Origin: Escherichia coli
GTDB lineage: Bacteria; Pseudomonadota; Gammaproteobacteria; Enterobacterales; Enterobacteriaceae
Length of the DNA stretch: 64,000 bases
Strand: one strand, 5' to 3'
Assembly (NCBI RefSeq): GCF_003790525.1
Contig: NZ_CP033636.1
In this document: positions 29,430 to 40,069 of the stretch, one piece after another
Numbering within the stretch: position 1 is the first letter of the stretch
Layout: each line of letters begins with the position of its first letter
Made by a program: the position numbers and the translations under genes
The notes under the pieces: model-generated
What the model saw: the letters and a program-made list of their open reading frames with translations, nothing else
What the model was told of the DNA's origin: nothing
The model's database searches: none

Positions 29430-30476
29430 ATGACTCGTATTGCATTAGCGCCTTCAAAGATGGTTTTGCTTATGTCTTTGGTAATTACTGGTGCCCACGC
29501 CAGCCCTGAGCAACCCCTAATAAAAGATACGCCCTTTGTATCAGGCCAGGCTTATAAGAAGGGTTTCTTCTGGTATGACGATCCTGCTAAAAAAAGCGAA
29601 GCTGAAGAAGAAAAGGTTTTGCCACCAACCGGTGCTGCTAGCTCGCCTTCAAAAGAGGAAAAGGTAGATTTAAATTCAAAATGGCTAAAAGAGAATATGC
29701 CTCGACTGTTAACGCAGGCAATGGATAACCCTACCGCAGAAAATCTATCACGTTATTACACGGCGCAAAGGTTAATGCTGGATATCAGTACGCGTTTTTC
29801 TGACAAATCAAAAGATTATTTTCTTAAAAACCCGATGATGTCTGAAAAACGCAGGCAACCAGTGGAAAAGGTGGCACTGGATGCTCACCGCACTGTTGTT
29901 GAAAAAAATCAGCAAACGGTAATGAAAGATATCTTTACTAAGTCAGGTTTATTTTTCTTTTTCCAGAGTACTTGCCAGTTTTGCCACGAAGAGAGCCAAA
30001 TACTTCAATTTATGCAGAACTATTATTCGGTAGATATTCTTCCAATCAGTATGGATGGAAGGCCATTGCATAATGGCCTTTTTCAGGATTTTAACATCCC
30101 CAATGCACAAATTATTGATCAATTTAAAATTCGAGAGGTACCTACAATTTTCCTGGTTTCAAAGGATGGGACATCAGCTCAGCGCATTAGTGAAGGCATG
30201 ATCTCCGCTGATGAATTAAAGAACACTATTATACTTGCCGCGAAGGGCATGAATCTGATCGATGACGCTTCGTTTCAGTCAACTCTAGATATTAAAAGGC
30301 AATATACCATCGGTGATGATGGCGTTATTACCGTTAATAAATCCGAAATGGAATCAGACCCATTCTTACTTCAAAAAATAATGGACCAAAAACTCGAAGG
30401 CTATGACATGCCTACGGCCGATCCGGTCAATTATCTCAATGCTGGCGGCAGTTTTGGAGGCACTTATGCGCAGTAA
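29430..30476 (+). CDS. trhF: TraF/TrbB-family thioredoxin-like conjugal transfer protein with CxxC motif (TrhF-like, 348 aa)
   Basis: Signal peptide; GLFFFFQSTCQFCHEE...VPTIFLV resembles F-plasmid TraF/TrbB thioredoxin fold. Confidence 0.55.
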   Translation: MTRIALAPSKMVLLMSLVITGAHASPEQPLIKDTPFVSGQAYKKGFFWYDDPAKKSEAEEEKVLPPTGAASSPSKEEKVDLNSKWLKENMPRLLTQAMDNPTAENLSRYYTAQRLMLDISTRFSDKSKDYFLKNPMMSEKRRQPVEKVALDAHRTVVEKNQQTVMKDIFTKSGLFFFFQSTCQFCHEESQILQFMQNYYSVDILPISMDGRPLHNGLFQDFNIPNAQIIDQFKIREVPTIFLVSKDGTSAQRISEGMISADELKNTIILAAKGMNLIDDASFQSTLDIKRQYTIGDDGVITVNKSEMESDPFLLQKIMDQKLEGYDMPTADPVNYLNAGGSFGGTYAQ

Positions 30477-31881
30477 TGCCGTTTTCAACTTCAAAAAGTT
30501 ACTTTTGTCTCTTTCTGTTTGTGCTGCAATTTTAGCCCCGACTGCAAATGCAGACAACGCAATGCGTAACATTTTCAATGGCATGATGACGTCTACCAGC
30601 CCGGCCACCTTTTCCACAGCAACCCGTACAGGCATAGTTGGCGGGTCAATGTCTTACCGAACAACAAACGTTAATACCAACCTTGTTTCCATGTCGTTTC
30701 CAAAAGCTTCTGTCGGTTGTAATGGTATTGACGTTTTTCTTGGGTCCTTCAGCATGATCAACGGGGACCAGCTTGTGCAGGTGGCCCGTGGTATTGCCCA
30801 GGGTGCGGCTATCTATGCTTTTAACGTTGCTGTTTCAGCTATTTGTGCTGACTGTGCTGCAACGATTAATGACATCCAAAACAAACTGCAAGCGCTAAAT
30901 AAATTTGCGAAAGATTCATGCAATGCAACTTACTCTTTCCTTTCTGAAAACGTGGGTACGCCAAGCCAGTTCGCTAACTCAGTTAGCTCTGGACCAGCCT
31001 CAATTCTGGGATCGATTAATGGTCTCATTCCTGATTTTGGCTCATCGATGACAAAGTCACCTGAAGCTGTCACTTCTCAGGTTAAAGCAAAGGATCCCGA
31101 AGAGTTCGCTGAAAAATTCAGTGGTAACCTCTTCTATATGTCGTTCATGGATATTGATAAGGGAACAATGAACATCGGAGGGGTAACGGAGTTATCCGGT
31201 TATAAATTGGCAGAACAACTTATGTCTCTCGTGGGTACTGTCATTATCAACTGGGATAGCAAAGGCGAAAAAGCGGGAATGGAAGTCCGCCCGTCTACCA
31301 TGACTGTCACGGATTACATCATGGGGCCACCAGCTGGCGGATCAATTAAAATGCTCAAGTGTTCTCCGGCACCAGATCCATCATCCCCACGAAAGGCTCA
31401 GTGCCTTGTCATGTCAGAAGTTAATGACGGTGGTTTTAAGGGATTGAAGGATACCATTTCTGATCTTCTTTTAAACGTACAGAAAAAAATCATCAACGAC
31501 GTTCGTGTTTCAGATGATGAATTACGCATTATCTCCTATATCGGCATCCCGACCATTATCGACTCTTTGCAAACATTCGAAGCACCGGAAGGGTACGCAT
31601 ACATTCAGGACATAAGCACTATTGCTGCGACGAGCCTCGTAATCAACATGTTGCGCCAGGTTGAGGCCAAAATTTCAACCATGAGCATACCGAGTGAGTC
31701 GCTGTCGGGTAAAAGGGATGATCTCAACCGATTAACAGACAATCTCTCAAAACAGGTTAAAGCCGCCTATGAGCTATCGCACAGCCAGGTCGGTACCAGC
31801 TCGGACGTCATTTCAACCTGGGATAACCGTCGCCTGCAACGGAAGGCTTTCACTGAAAGTATTCGTGGCACACGTAACTGA
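30466..31881 (+). CDS. trhH: F-type TraH-like pilus assembly protein (TrhH-like, about 471 aa)
   Basis: Start reassigned to ATG at 30466 giving signal peptide MRSNAVFNFKKLLLSLSVCAAILAPTANA; overlaps trhF stop; stop TGA is the first 3 nt of the IS629-like element. Confidence 0.55.
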   Translation: MRSNAVFNFKKLLLSLSVCAAILAPTANADNAMRNIFNGMMTSTSPATFSTATRTGIVGGSMSYRTTNVNTNLVSMSFPKASVGCNGIDVFLGSFSMINGDQLVQVARGIAQGAAIYAFNVAVSAICADCAATINDIQNKLQALNKFAKDSCNATYSFLSENVGTPSQFANSVSSGPASILGSINGLIPDFGSSMTKSPEAVTSQVKAKDPEEFAEKFSGNLFYMSFMDIDKGTMNIGGVTELSGYKLAEQLMSLVGTVIINWDSKGEKAGMEVRPSTMTVTDYIMGPPAGGSIKMLKCSPAPDPSSPRKAQCLVMSEVNDGGFKGLKDTISDLLLNVQKKIINDVRVSDDELRIISYIGIPTIIDSLQTFEAPEGYAYIQDISTIAATSLVINMLRQVEAKISTMSIPSESLSGKRDDLNRLTDNLSKQVKAAYELSHSQVGTSSDVISTWDNRRLQRKAFTESIRGTRN

Positions 31882-31932
31882 ACCGCCCCGGGAATCCTGG
31901 AGACTAAACTTCCTGAGAAAGAGGTAAACAGG

Positions 31933-32259
31933 ATGACTAAAAATACTCGTTTTTCCCCCGAAGTCCGTCAACGGGCAGTCCGTATGGTTCTGGAAAGTCA
32001 GGATGAATATGACTCACAGTGGGCGGCAATTTGTTCCATTGCCCCAAAGATTGGCTGTACGCCGGAGACTCTGCGTGTCTGGGTTCGCCAGCATGAGCGG
32101 GATACCGGGGGCGGTGATGGTGGGCTCACCAGCGCTGAACGTCAGCGTCTGAAAGAGCTGGAACGTGAAAATCGTGAACTGCGCCGCAGTAACGATATCC
32201 TTCGCCAGGCTTCCGCTTATTTTGCGAAGGCGGAGTTCGACCGCCTCTGGAAAAAATGA
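31933..32259 (+). CDS. IS629-like transposase OrfA
   Basis: [23 protein letters not shown]... HTH/leucine-zipper OrfA of IS3 family. Confidence 0.8.
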   Translation: MTKNTRFSPEVRQRAVRMVLESQDEYDSQWAAICSIAPKIGCTPETLRVWVRQHERDTGGGDGGLTSAERQRLKELERENRELRRSNDILRQASAYFAKAEFDRLWKK

Positions 32260-33146
32260 TGCCACTGCTGGATAAGCTGCGTGAGCAGTACGGGGTCGGA
32301 CCGGTATGCAGCGAACTGCATATTGCCCCGTCAACGTATTACCATTGTCAGCAACAGCGACATCATCCGGATAAACGCAGTGCCCGTGCGCAGCACGATG
32401 ACTGGCTGAAGAGAGAGATACAGCGCGTATACGATGAAAATCATCAGGTGTACGGTGTGCGTAAAGTCTGGCGTCAGTTGTTACGGGAAGGAATCAGGGT
32501 GGCCAGATGTACAGTGGCGCGCCTCATGGCGGTTATGGGACTTGCCGGTGTTCTCCGGGGTAAAAAGGTCCGTACGACCATCAGCCGGAAAGCCGTTGCC
32601 GCAGGCGACCGCGTAAACCGTCAGTTCGTGGCAGAACGACCTGACCAGCTGTGGGTGGCTGATTTTACTTACGTCAGCACATGGCGGGGCTTCGTCTATG
32701 TGGCGTTCATCATTGATGTGTTTGCCGGATACATCGTGGGGTGGCGGGTCTCATCGTCCATGGAAACGACATTCGTGCTGGATGCACTGGAGCAGGCGTT
32801 ATGGGCCCGTCGACCGTCCGGCACGGTCCATCACAGTGATAAAGGTTCTCAGTATGTATCGCTGGCCTACACACAGCGGCTTAAGGAAGCCGGATTACTG
32901 GCATCAACAGGAAGTACAGGCGACTCGTATGACAACGCGATGGCGGAGAGCATCAATGGTCTTTACAAAGCGGAGGTAATACACCGTAAGAGCTGGAAAA
33001 ACCGTGCAGAAGTGGAACTGGCCACACTCACGTGGGTGGACTGGTATAACAATCGACGATTGCTGGAAAGGCTGGGCCATACTCCTCCGGCAGAAGCAGA
33101 AAAAGCTTATTATGCTTCCATCGGAAACGATGATCTGGCAGCCTGA
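32256..33146 (+). CDS. IS629-like transposase OrfB (DDE integrase core)
   Basis: Overlaps orfA by 4 nt; DDE-type catalytic core sequence. Confidence 0.8.
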   Translation: MMPLLDKLREQYGVGPVCSELHIAPSTYYHCQQQRHHPDKRSARAQHDDWLKREIQRVYDENHQVYGVRKVWRQLLREGIRVARCTVARLMAVMGLAGVLRGKKVRTTISRKAVAAGDRVNRQFVAERPDQLWVADFTYVSTWRGFVYVAFIIDVFAGYIVGWRVSSSMETTFVLDALEQALWARRPSGTVHHSDKGSQYVSLAYTQRLKEAGLLASTGSTGDSYDNAMAESINGLYKAEVIHRKSWKNRAEVELATLTWVDWYNNRRLLERLGHTPPAEAEKAYYASIGNDDLAA

Positions 33147-33202
33147 GTTCACAGATAAAACACTCTCCAGGAAACCCGGGGCGGTTCAAACTGAGGTCTG
33201 AC

Positions 33203-36200
33203 ATGGATTACAACATATATACCCTGGGTGATATTGATTTTGTCTGGTCGGCTTTTACCGGTATTGCCCTAATCTTTTCTCAATATACTGGTGTAAAAGA
33301 GTTCCTGACCACGGCCGCCGTTGTAGCAGGTGTGAGCCTATTCTATAAAACGTGGCTATGGCTTCAGGCTCCGACCAAAAATGAATTACCGTTTTTCTCC
33401 TGGTTTTTGGGGTTGATCCTTTTCATGATGGCAATGGTTCGAGTGGATGTAACTATTGAATCTGTAAAGTCGGGAGAGGTCAGAAACGTCGACGGAATTC
33501 CAATTTTTATTGCTGCGATGGCCACCGTCACCACTAACTTAAGCCAGGGTTTGCTGAAGGATTATAAAACTGCGTTTGATCCGCTTTCTCCGGTGGACCT
33601 GTCTGCAACAACTCTGGACGATGACATCACCCTCGGTCCGATGATCCGATTCGTGAAGTTTTTGCAATGGGGCGGCGATAGCCAGGGCTACTGTTCTGCA
33701 TTTCCTGAACCGGCCAGCGGGCTAGGGCCAATGAACGTATGTGCTACCGTTCAGTCTCTTGCATACAACTGCCTGAAGGCTACCCAAAACTCAAGCGCAA
33801 ATATTGCCGGTAAAGAAACTATTTTTAACGATATTTTCTCAGCTAATCTGGCAGATAGCATGGACCGGATTAATCAGGCGATGAAAGGCGCACTGAAGAA
33901 TGCCTCTGCCAGTATTGTTGGCGCTAACGGTTCAAAATCTGGTACGTGTGATGAGGTCTGGTCAACTGTGAAACAGGTTACCAGTACAGCTGAAGCTCGC
34001 CAGACTATTTCCCTTATAGGACAGACAAACGGCATCCTTACTCCAGACGAAGCAAATGGTGCACCTACCGGCGCAAGTTTTACTGATGTTATGGCGTCAG
34101 CAAATGGTATGTACGGTAAGGCTATTGGTTCGTATGACGCCACCCTGAACCTGTTCATAATGAATGAGCTCAGAAATGGCGCAAGCAAATATAAGACCCC
34201 ACTCAGTCTGGCTTCCGATATGCAGTTGTTTGAGGCTTCTCTGAAGCGAACCAACACAATGGCTTCACAGGGCCAGTTGTGGTTACAACTGTCTGGAGCA
34301 GCAATCGCATTCCTTGAGATGTTTGCTTACATGGTTGCTCCATTTGCTTTGCTTATGCTGCTGGCGTTAGGTGGTAATGGTGTTGCCGCTGCGGCGAAAT
34401 ATTTGCAACTTATTCTCTTCGTGAATATGTGGCCGCTTACGGCAGTAATGGTCAACGCGTATGTGAAGAAAGTCGCGACGGCCGATCTGGATACCTGGAG
34501 CACCCTCAACAGCCAGAATAATGCCGTCACGTGGATGGGGCTCCCAGGGCTTGCGGAAACATACAGTTCATACCTGTCTGTTGCTTCCGCGCTTTATGCT
34601 CTGATTCCGGTACTCACATTATTCCTGATGACACAGTCGATTCACCCGATGATGAATGCGGTTAAGGGAGTGACCCCCGATGCGCCGGTGGATACTGGTC
34701 ATGTAACGCCCAAAGTATGGGATGGCCCTAACAGCGGTAAATCTTCATTTGGTGACGTGACACGAACCGCCTTGACCAGTACCGGTCAGGGATACAGCGA
34801 TGGCGGCGCAGTTGATTCAAGTAATTTCCGTCTTGGAATGTGGAATGCTGGTTCAAGTATCGCTAACAGCCAGGGGCAAGGATCAGCTGTAACCTCATCA
34901 GTTATGAGTGCGGCAAGTAATTCATTCCAGGCTGGTTACAGTCAGATGAGTGAAATTGGAAGGTCAGGACAGTCGAGCCAGCAGTTCTCAACCAACCTGC
35001 AAACAATGAAGCAGATCTCGGATAAGATTGGTGCCTCTGTAGCAGAAGGTATTGCAACGAAACATGGGGTGAGTGCGTCTCAGATGGCCAGCATTGCTTC
35101 AAATGTTATTCTAAACGCTGGGCTTAATGGAGGTGCTGGAACTGGCAACGGAGCCGGGCTGAAAGCAGCTGTAGCAGGGCAATTGAGTAGCGGCGCATCT
35201 AAGACCAATACAGGCAGTGACTCGCTTTCAAATGACCTTTCAAAAGCAATCACGAATCAGCTTAGCCAGGATTCTGCTTTGACTGACCAGTTCAGTAAAG
35301 CGGCGTCTCAGGTAAGCAGCGATCAGATATCCAATACTAATGCGTTTAAAGAAGCATCGTCGAAAATGAACCAGGCGACACAGACGATGGCGCAAAACAT
35401 TTCTACATCGGTATCGACTAACGCCAGCTCCAATAGTGGAATGAGCCTTGATTCTAAACAAAGCATTAACCTGGACAGGTTCTCCGATTCTATTCGCAAC
35501 AAAAACTTCAGTGATGATGATGTAAGGAATTTTGCTCGTAAGAATGGGCTGGATGAGAATGCGTTTATGGAGAAATTCAACTCCTATAACGATACCTTCA
35601 AGGCCAGTAATCAGCTTGGTTCGCAGCTTCAACGTACTGACGCGCTTGTGGCTGCAACACGAGATTTCAGTGAGCAAAAAATTGCGATTGATACCGCCCG
35701 GGGAGAGACGGCCGAAAGTAATAAACAGGATCTCCGTGAAACCTCCAGCCTGCTTAAAAGTCTGGTTTCCGACTTCGGTGGTAATGCACAGCAGCTGCTA
35801 CCTATCACCAATCAGCTCGACAGAATTTCAGGCGAAGGGTCAGGAATTAATACTATCACTCAGGCACAGGATAGAACTCCTGACAGCGTAAATACGTCTG
35901 GCGTGATGAGTGCGTCACGCGTAGGGGAACTGGGTGGAAGTGTTGATTCGCAGGCTAAACTCGGTCTTTCCTCCAACGCTCAGGACGCGACTCAGCGTGT
36001 CCCTGGAAAAAGTGAAGCTGGCTTTACTCCGTATAACCTTGATAACGCGGGCAAAGGCGATATTCAGGGAATACATAACAACAACGTGGGCCGCACTTAT
36101 TCTGATGAAGAAAGGAATGTGCTCAATTCTCTCAAAACGAATGGCCCTGTACTGAATAATCAGGGTGTAGAGAAAGTCGTCAATTCAGGTCAGGATGTCA

Positions 36201-37156
36201 GAAATGCAGAAGGCACATTTAACGATCTGGAAAAGGCTACCGGAGGTCGGGTGGTTGGTGATGGAATGGATCAACGAGCCACTGCTTTGAACAGTATGTA
36301 TCAGAGCGGTCAAGTTCGTGGCTTATCTAATAACACTGATAACTACTTTAGTCGTGTTGCCAACAACCCGAACTTAAGCCGGGACGATAAGCGAGCTGAA
36401 TTGGCACAGCAAGCTGTCTTTACCTATGGTGCCAGCACCATGGCTACCGGTGCCGAAAGAGAGCAGCTCAAAGCGGATACCCAGAAGATCCTTAATGAAC
36501 TGGGTAACTATAACGTTAACTGGAGTATGAATGACGTTCAGAGCATCCATAGCAGTTTCAACACTCATAACAGAGCTGATGGTTCACTTGAGTCAGTCGT
36601 ACGGGCAAACCTAGGAGAGGGTGGGTCGGGCGGTGGTCTCGTTGGTAACCGCACTCAGACCGTCACAGATCGCTTGGTTGGGGAAAAGATAGAGGCCAAC
36701 ACTGAGCGGGGCGCGATTTCTGGTGCGCTACTCGGGGGCCAGCAATTTGTTTCGGATACGCTAACCAGCGTTGGGGCGAAACCGGTAAATGAGATGCTTA
36801 CGGGAGCGGGCATCCTTCAAACCCAGACATCGATAGCAAATGATGCCTCTAACCCTGCAAATATGCCTGATTCTCTCCAGGGTAAAGTCCTTAATCACAT
36901 GCAGATGTCTGATGGCGTCGCAGCTGTAAGTGACCGGTATCAGAGTATTAGCAGCGACGGCGTTTCGACTTATGCGAATGCAGCGCAGAACTCTGAAAGG
37001 GCTATCCGGCAGCAATTGACGGATGACCCACGCTTTGGGCCTCAGAAAGCAGATGAATTCATTCAGTACATGAAGTCAGAGCTGAGCAACACAAATGAGC
37101 CTTACCAGTCACGTGTCGATAAAGCGGATCAGTGGCTTAATGAAAATAAAAGGTAG
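33203..37156 (+). CDS. trhG: F-type TraG-like mating-pair stabilisation protein (TrhG-like, 1317 aa)
   Basis: N-terminal polytopic membrane domain resembling F TraG, long Ser/Gly/Asn/Gln-rich periplasmic C-terminal region. Confidence 0.55.
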   Translation: MDYNIYTLGDIDFVWSAFTGIALIFSQYTGVKEFLTTAAVVAGVSLFYKTWLWLQAPTKNELPFFSWFLGLILFMMAMVRVDVTIESVKSGEVRNVDGIPIFIAAMATVTTNLSQGLLKDYKTAFDPLSPVDLSATTLDDDITLGPMIRFVKFLQWGGDSQGYCSAFPEPASGLGPMNVCATVQSLAYNCLKATQNSSANIAGKETIFNDIFSANLADSMDRINQAMKGALKNASASIVGANGSKSGTCDEVWSTVKQVTSTAEARQTISLIGQTNGILTPDEANGAPTGASFTDVMASANGMYGKAIGSYDATLNLFIMNELRNGASKYKTPLSLASDMQLFEASLKRTNTMASQGQLWLQLSGAAIAFLEMFAYMVAPFALLMLLALGGNGVAAAAKYLQLILFVNMWPLTAVMVNAYVKKVATADLDTWSTLNSQNNAVTWMGLPGLAETYSSYLSVASALYALIPVLTLFLMTQSIHPMMNAVKGVTPDAPVDTGHVTPKVWDGPNSGKSSFGDVTRTALTSTGQGYSDGGAVDSSNFRLGMWNAGSSIANSQGQGSAVTSSVMSAASNSFQAGYSQMSEIGRSGQSSQQFSTNLQTMKQISDKIGASVAEGIATKHGVSASQMASIASNVILNAGLNGGAGTGNGAGLKAAVAGQLSSGASKTNTGSDSLSNDLSKAITNQLSQDSALTDQFSKAASQVSSDQISNTNAFKEASSKMNQATQTMAQNISTSVSTNASSNSGMSLDSKQSINLDRFSDSIRNKNFSDDDVRNFARKNGLDENAFMEKFNSYNDTFKASNQLGSQLQRTDALVAATRDFSEQKIAIDTARGETAESNKQDLRETSSLLKSLVSDFGGNAQQLLPITNQLDRISGEGSGINTITQAQDRTPDSVNTSGVMSASRVGELGGSVDSQAKLGLSSNAQDATQRVPGKSEAGFTPYNLDNAGKGDIQGIHNNNVGRTYSDEERNVLNSLKTNGPVLNNQGVEKVVNSGQDVRNAEGTFNDLEKATGGRVVGDGMDQRATALNSMYQSGQVRGLSNNTDNYFSRVANNPNLSRDDKRAELAQQAVFTYGASTMATGAEREQLKADTQKILNELGNYNVNWSMNDVQSIHSSFNTHNRADGSLESVVRANLGEGGSGGGLVGNRTQTVTDRLVGEKIEANTERGAISGALLGGQQFVSDTLTSVGAKPVNEMLTGAGILQTQTSIANDASNPANMPDSLQGKVLNHMQMSDGVAAVSDRYQSISSDGVSTYANAAQNSERAIRQQLTDDPRFGPQKADEFIQYMKSELSNTNEPYQSRVDKADQWLNENKR

Positions 37157-37220
37157 GTGAGTTTCAAATATAACCTAATGAAAATTAAACGTATTTACTA
37201 AAATATGGTGTTAAACAGTG

Positions 37221-37254
37221 AAGGCCGCAAAGTATAAATTTGCGGCCTTTTTTA
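37221..37254 (+). terminator. rho-independent terminator after trhG
   Basis: AAGGCCGCAAA-GTATAAA-TTTGCGGCCTT followed by TTTTTATT. Confidence 0.65.
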
Positions 37255-37336
37255 TTCATAAACTTAGCTGATTTCTGTACAATCTCGTTCTTTATGTAGT
37301 AGATGTTCCGGCTGAATAGGCACTGAGACACAGGAC

Positions 37337-38626
37337 ATGGCAAACAAAGTAAAAGATATTAACCATCCATCTATTAATGATAGAGAACGTCGTGTCTTGG
37401 AAGAACTAGGTATATGTAATGGTGCACACTTTAATAATTTGCTTAAAATTGCCCGCTATCGTCTCAATGCTGGTTATTCCCATGCTGAAACTGTACTTTC
37501 TTTACGCTGCACAGGCTCATACATTGAGCGTACCGTAATGCATGCCCCCAAAAATACCCGTAAAAAACTACGTGAACACCTACAAAAATTTGCTCTAGAG
37601 ACAGAGCAGAATAGCGAAACCGTTTATTCTAATTACAATACTCAGCTCCGTGTAATTCGAGAAAAAAAACAAAAAGAACATTTGATGGCCAAGCGTAAGG
37701 AGTACATTCGCGTTCGGCTAGAATCTTGTAAAACAAGGGGGGAGCGGTTGATGGCGTTCGGTCTAATTGACACTATCGATCCCGAATATATACAGGAACT
37801 GGAAGACCATCTGGCTAAGGTTAGTCATCGTAAGATGTTGGAGGATAATGACCGAAAGGTAAAAGAACGCAATAGACTGTTGAGTGAAATGAAAAAAAAT
37901 TCAGCCCGTCTCACCGAACGAATAATCCTGTCGGAAAAAGAGGAACCAGATGAAGAAGCCTCTCTTCCAATACTGGTACGTAGATATATTCCCGGCGGAC
38001 GTGCCGCAGAGTTCGCTATTTATGCACGTTCAAACGCTACATTACCTCCACTAGAGATCATTGAGGGTTTTCTAGGGTATCCAGTTGGTGGCCGCGAAAG
38101 ATCGCAGGAAGATCAGCCTAAATCTCCACCGGCCGCGATTATGGTCGCTATGAAGACTGATGGTATAGAAGAAAAGGAGCTTCAGCCGAATATTCCTGAT
38201 GAAACTACTGTACCGGGTAAGCGTAAGGGTAGTAAGACAACTGTCGAGACACGACCAGATCAGGCCTCATTTGCAGAAGCCGTCCGCAACAACTGTTATG
38301 ACCAATGTGTGATTACAGGCTCTAGACTGCGCCAGCGCACTGAGGCTGCTCATCTGATGGAGCATCGTAACGGAGGAGTAGACCATTATACAAATGGGTT
38401 GCTCTTACGCCATGATATACACGATCTTTTCGACGCAAACATGATTGCCATTCATCCGGTGACGTTGGAGGTTAACATTCTCGCTGAAGCTTTGGCGGTA
38501 GATCATGATTTAGCGGCATATCAAGGAGAGTTTATTAAGCCGCTGCGTAAACCCATCAATACTGAATTCCTAAAGCACCGTTGGCAGGTTTTTCAGCACC
38601 GGAACCAAACTGAGCAGCAAGCTTAA
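37337..38626 (+). CDS. HNH endonuclease domain protein with coiled-coil-like N-terminal region (429 aa)
   Basis: C-terminal CYDQCVITG...AAHLMEHRNGGVDHYTNGLLLRHDIHDLFD HNH-like motif; monocistronic with own upstream TACAAT -10-like hexamer. Confidence 0.5.
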   Translation: MANKVKDINHPSINDRERRVLEELGICNGAHFNNLLKIARYRLNAGYSHAETVLSLRCTGSYIERTVMHAPKNTRKKLREHLQKFALETEQNSETVYSNYNTQLRVIREKKQKEHLMAKRKEYIRVRLESCKTRGERLMAFGLIDTIDPEYIQELEDHLAKVSHRKMLEDNDRKVKERNRLLSEMKKNSARLTERIILSEKEEPDEEASLPILVRRYIPGGRAAEFAIYARSNATLPPLEIIEGFLGYPVGGRERSQEDQPKSPPAAIMVAMKTDGIEEKELQPNIPDETTVPGKRKGSKTTVETRPDQASFAEAVRNNCYDQCVITGSRLRQRTEAAHLMEHRNGGVDHYTNGLLLRHDIHDLFDANMIAIHPVTLEVNILAEALAVDHDLAAYQGEFIKPLRKPINTEFLKHRWQVFQHRNQTEQQA

Positions 38627-38733
38627 GAGACCGGCATGTTTTCTTCCAACTGTGCAATGCTTTGACCCGGGGCAGAAATGGAGAAGCATAGAACTGATAA
38701 TGCGGGCATGCTCTCCGTAAAAGTTACTTTAAT

Positions 38734-39300
38734 TCAGGAAGCCCAACGTTTCATAAGCAGATGATACCTGGTGTTAAGAGCTGCAAGATCAGATTCGGTG
38801 AGGCCGGTGTAATAATTGGTTTTTTGCAAATGTGGATAACCGACCGGGAATAATGATTCGTCGTCATCAAGGCAGATAAATGCTTTAACTCGATGTGAAA
38901 ATACAAAGTCCTCACACTCAGCAGCCCGCACACCTGACTGATTAGGTTTTAAATATACCGAATCGGTAGCACCTATGACTTTGTCTCTATAAGGTAGCCG
39001 GAAAAGAGATTTCAGGTAAGTTATACTGGCACATTCACGCCACGAACTGGAGATGACAATCACCATGGAAGGGCATTTATCCAGTAATTTTTCCACCAAT
39101 GGCATTCGCTCAAAGGTTTCATTTTTGCACCTGTGACAAACCCCATCGAAATCTAAGAAAAGCACGACATGCGAATCAGGGAGAGGGCCCCATAAACCAG
39201 CTGTTGTTTCTTCAGGAACACATACTTCTTCATGAAGAGGGCTTTTCTGCATCAAGAAAGAAGAGAGAATCTTAAATATATTTCTTGCAGAAAAAGACAA
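38734..39300 (-). CDS. HAD-like hydrolase-fold protein (188 aa)
   Basis: VVLFLDFDGVCH matches HAD motif I (DxDG[TV]); downstream of transglycosylase gene. Confidence 0.4.
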   Translation of the reverse strand: MSFSARNIFKILSSFLMQKSPLHEEVCVPEETTAGLWGPLPDSHVVLFLDFDGVCHRCKNETFERMPLVEKLLDKCPSMVIVISSSWRECASITYLKSLFRLPYRDKVIGATDSVYLKPNQSGVRAAECEDFVFSHRVKAFICLDDDESLFPVGYPHLQKTNYYTGLTESDLAALNTRYHLLMKRWAS

Positions 39301-39382
39301 TTTATTACCCCTGAGTCTATGCGAATTTTTTGCGGGGGGGTACCCAAGCTACTCGATGATCTTCTGTAATATCAGGTTGAAT

Positions 39383-39922
39383 TTATTTAACAACAGGAGT
39401 CGGGTTTTGCTCCGGGACATTTTTAGCTATATGGCCATTGTATCGAGGAGGTTGTTGGGTCCATTGATAAAGCTCACCCATCCCGTTACGCTGCTGGATC
39501 CGGCGATTGTACTTTACCATGAAGTTAAATATGTACTTTGCACGTACCTTTGGGGTTTTGCTGTTGTAATCTGCAATCCCTTCAAACACATTGCCCTTGC
39601 GATCAACAATTTTTCTGTAGAGCCACCATGTTCCAACCCAGAAACTAGCGCAAGCATCGTAAGCCAGAACCCGCCACGTTACAGTCGGGAAATGCTTTTT
39701 TATTTCAGGCAGATTGGATGAGTTGATCTGCATCGGGCCAATATCATAAGTGCCGTTAGTATTCCTGCTGAAAGTACCAACCTTACCGCCTTCATTGTCA
39801 AACAACGTAAAAACCAGTTCGGCATCAATTCCGAAGAAGCGGGCGGCATCCGTAATGCACTGAGTGTAAATCTCATCAGGAACGGGAATAGGTTTCACAT
39901 CATCTGCTGGTGGTGTAAACAC
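39383..39922 (-). CDS. lytic transglycosylase (SLT domain), conjugation-associated peptidoglycan hydrolase
   Basis: YDIGPMQINSSN motif typical of SLT-domain proteins; GTG start with GGAG RBS. Confidence 0.6.
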   Translation of the reverse strand: MFTPPADDVKPIPVPDEIYTQCITDAARFFGIDAELVFTLFDNEGGKVGTFSRNTNGTYDIGPMQINSSNLPEIKKHFPTVTWRVLAYDACASFWVGTWWLYRKIVDRKGNVFEGIADYNSKTPKVRAKYIFNFMVKYNRRIQQRNGMGELYQWTQQPPRYNGHIAKNVPEQNPTPVVK

Positions 39923-40069
39923 AACGATTTCTCCACTGAATCTACGTTTTATCTATTCTCCCATATATCTATCGACTTTCTTTCGGCTTTACCCGTTGAT
40001 TTAAGCGTTTAAGCAAAATTCTGGAATTTTTGGGCGTGATAATATTAGTGCTCGATTCAAGGAGCATAA

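Larger units (their letters stand above)
31879..33188 (+). mobile_element. IS629-like IS3-family element (1310 bp) with 3-bp direct repeat AAC
   Basis: Ends TGAACCGCCCCGGGAATCCTGGAG ... CCCGGGGCGGTTCA; AAC at 31876-31878 and 33189-33191; orfA/orfB recognised as IS629/IS1203 type. Confidence 0.8.

Noticed and set aside
33874-37015. Multiple short ORFs on both strands inside trhG
   Set aside because: Embedded in the 1317-codon TrhG reading frame; repetitive low-complexity region generates open frames
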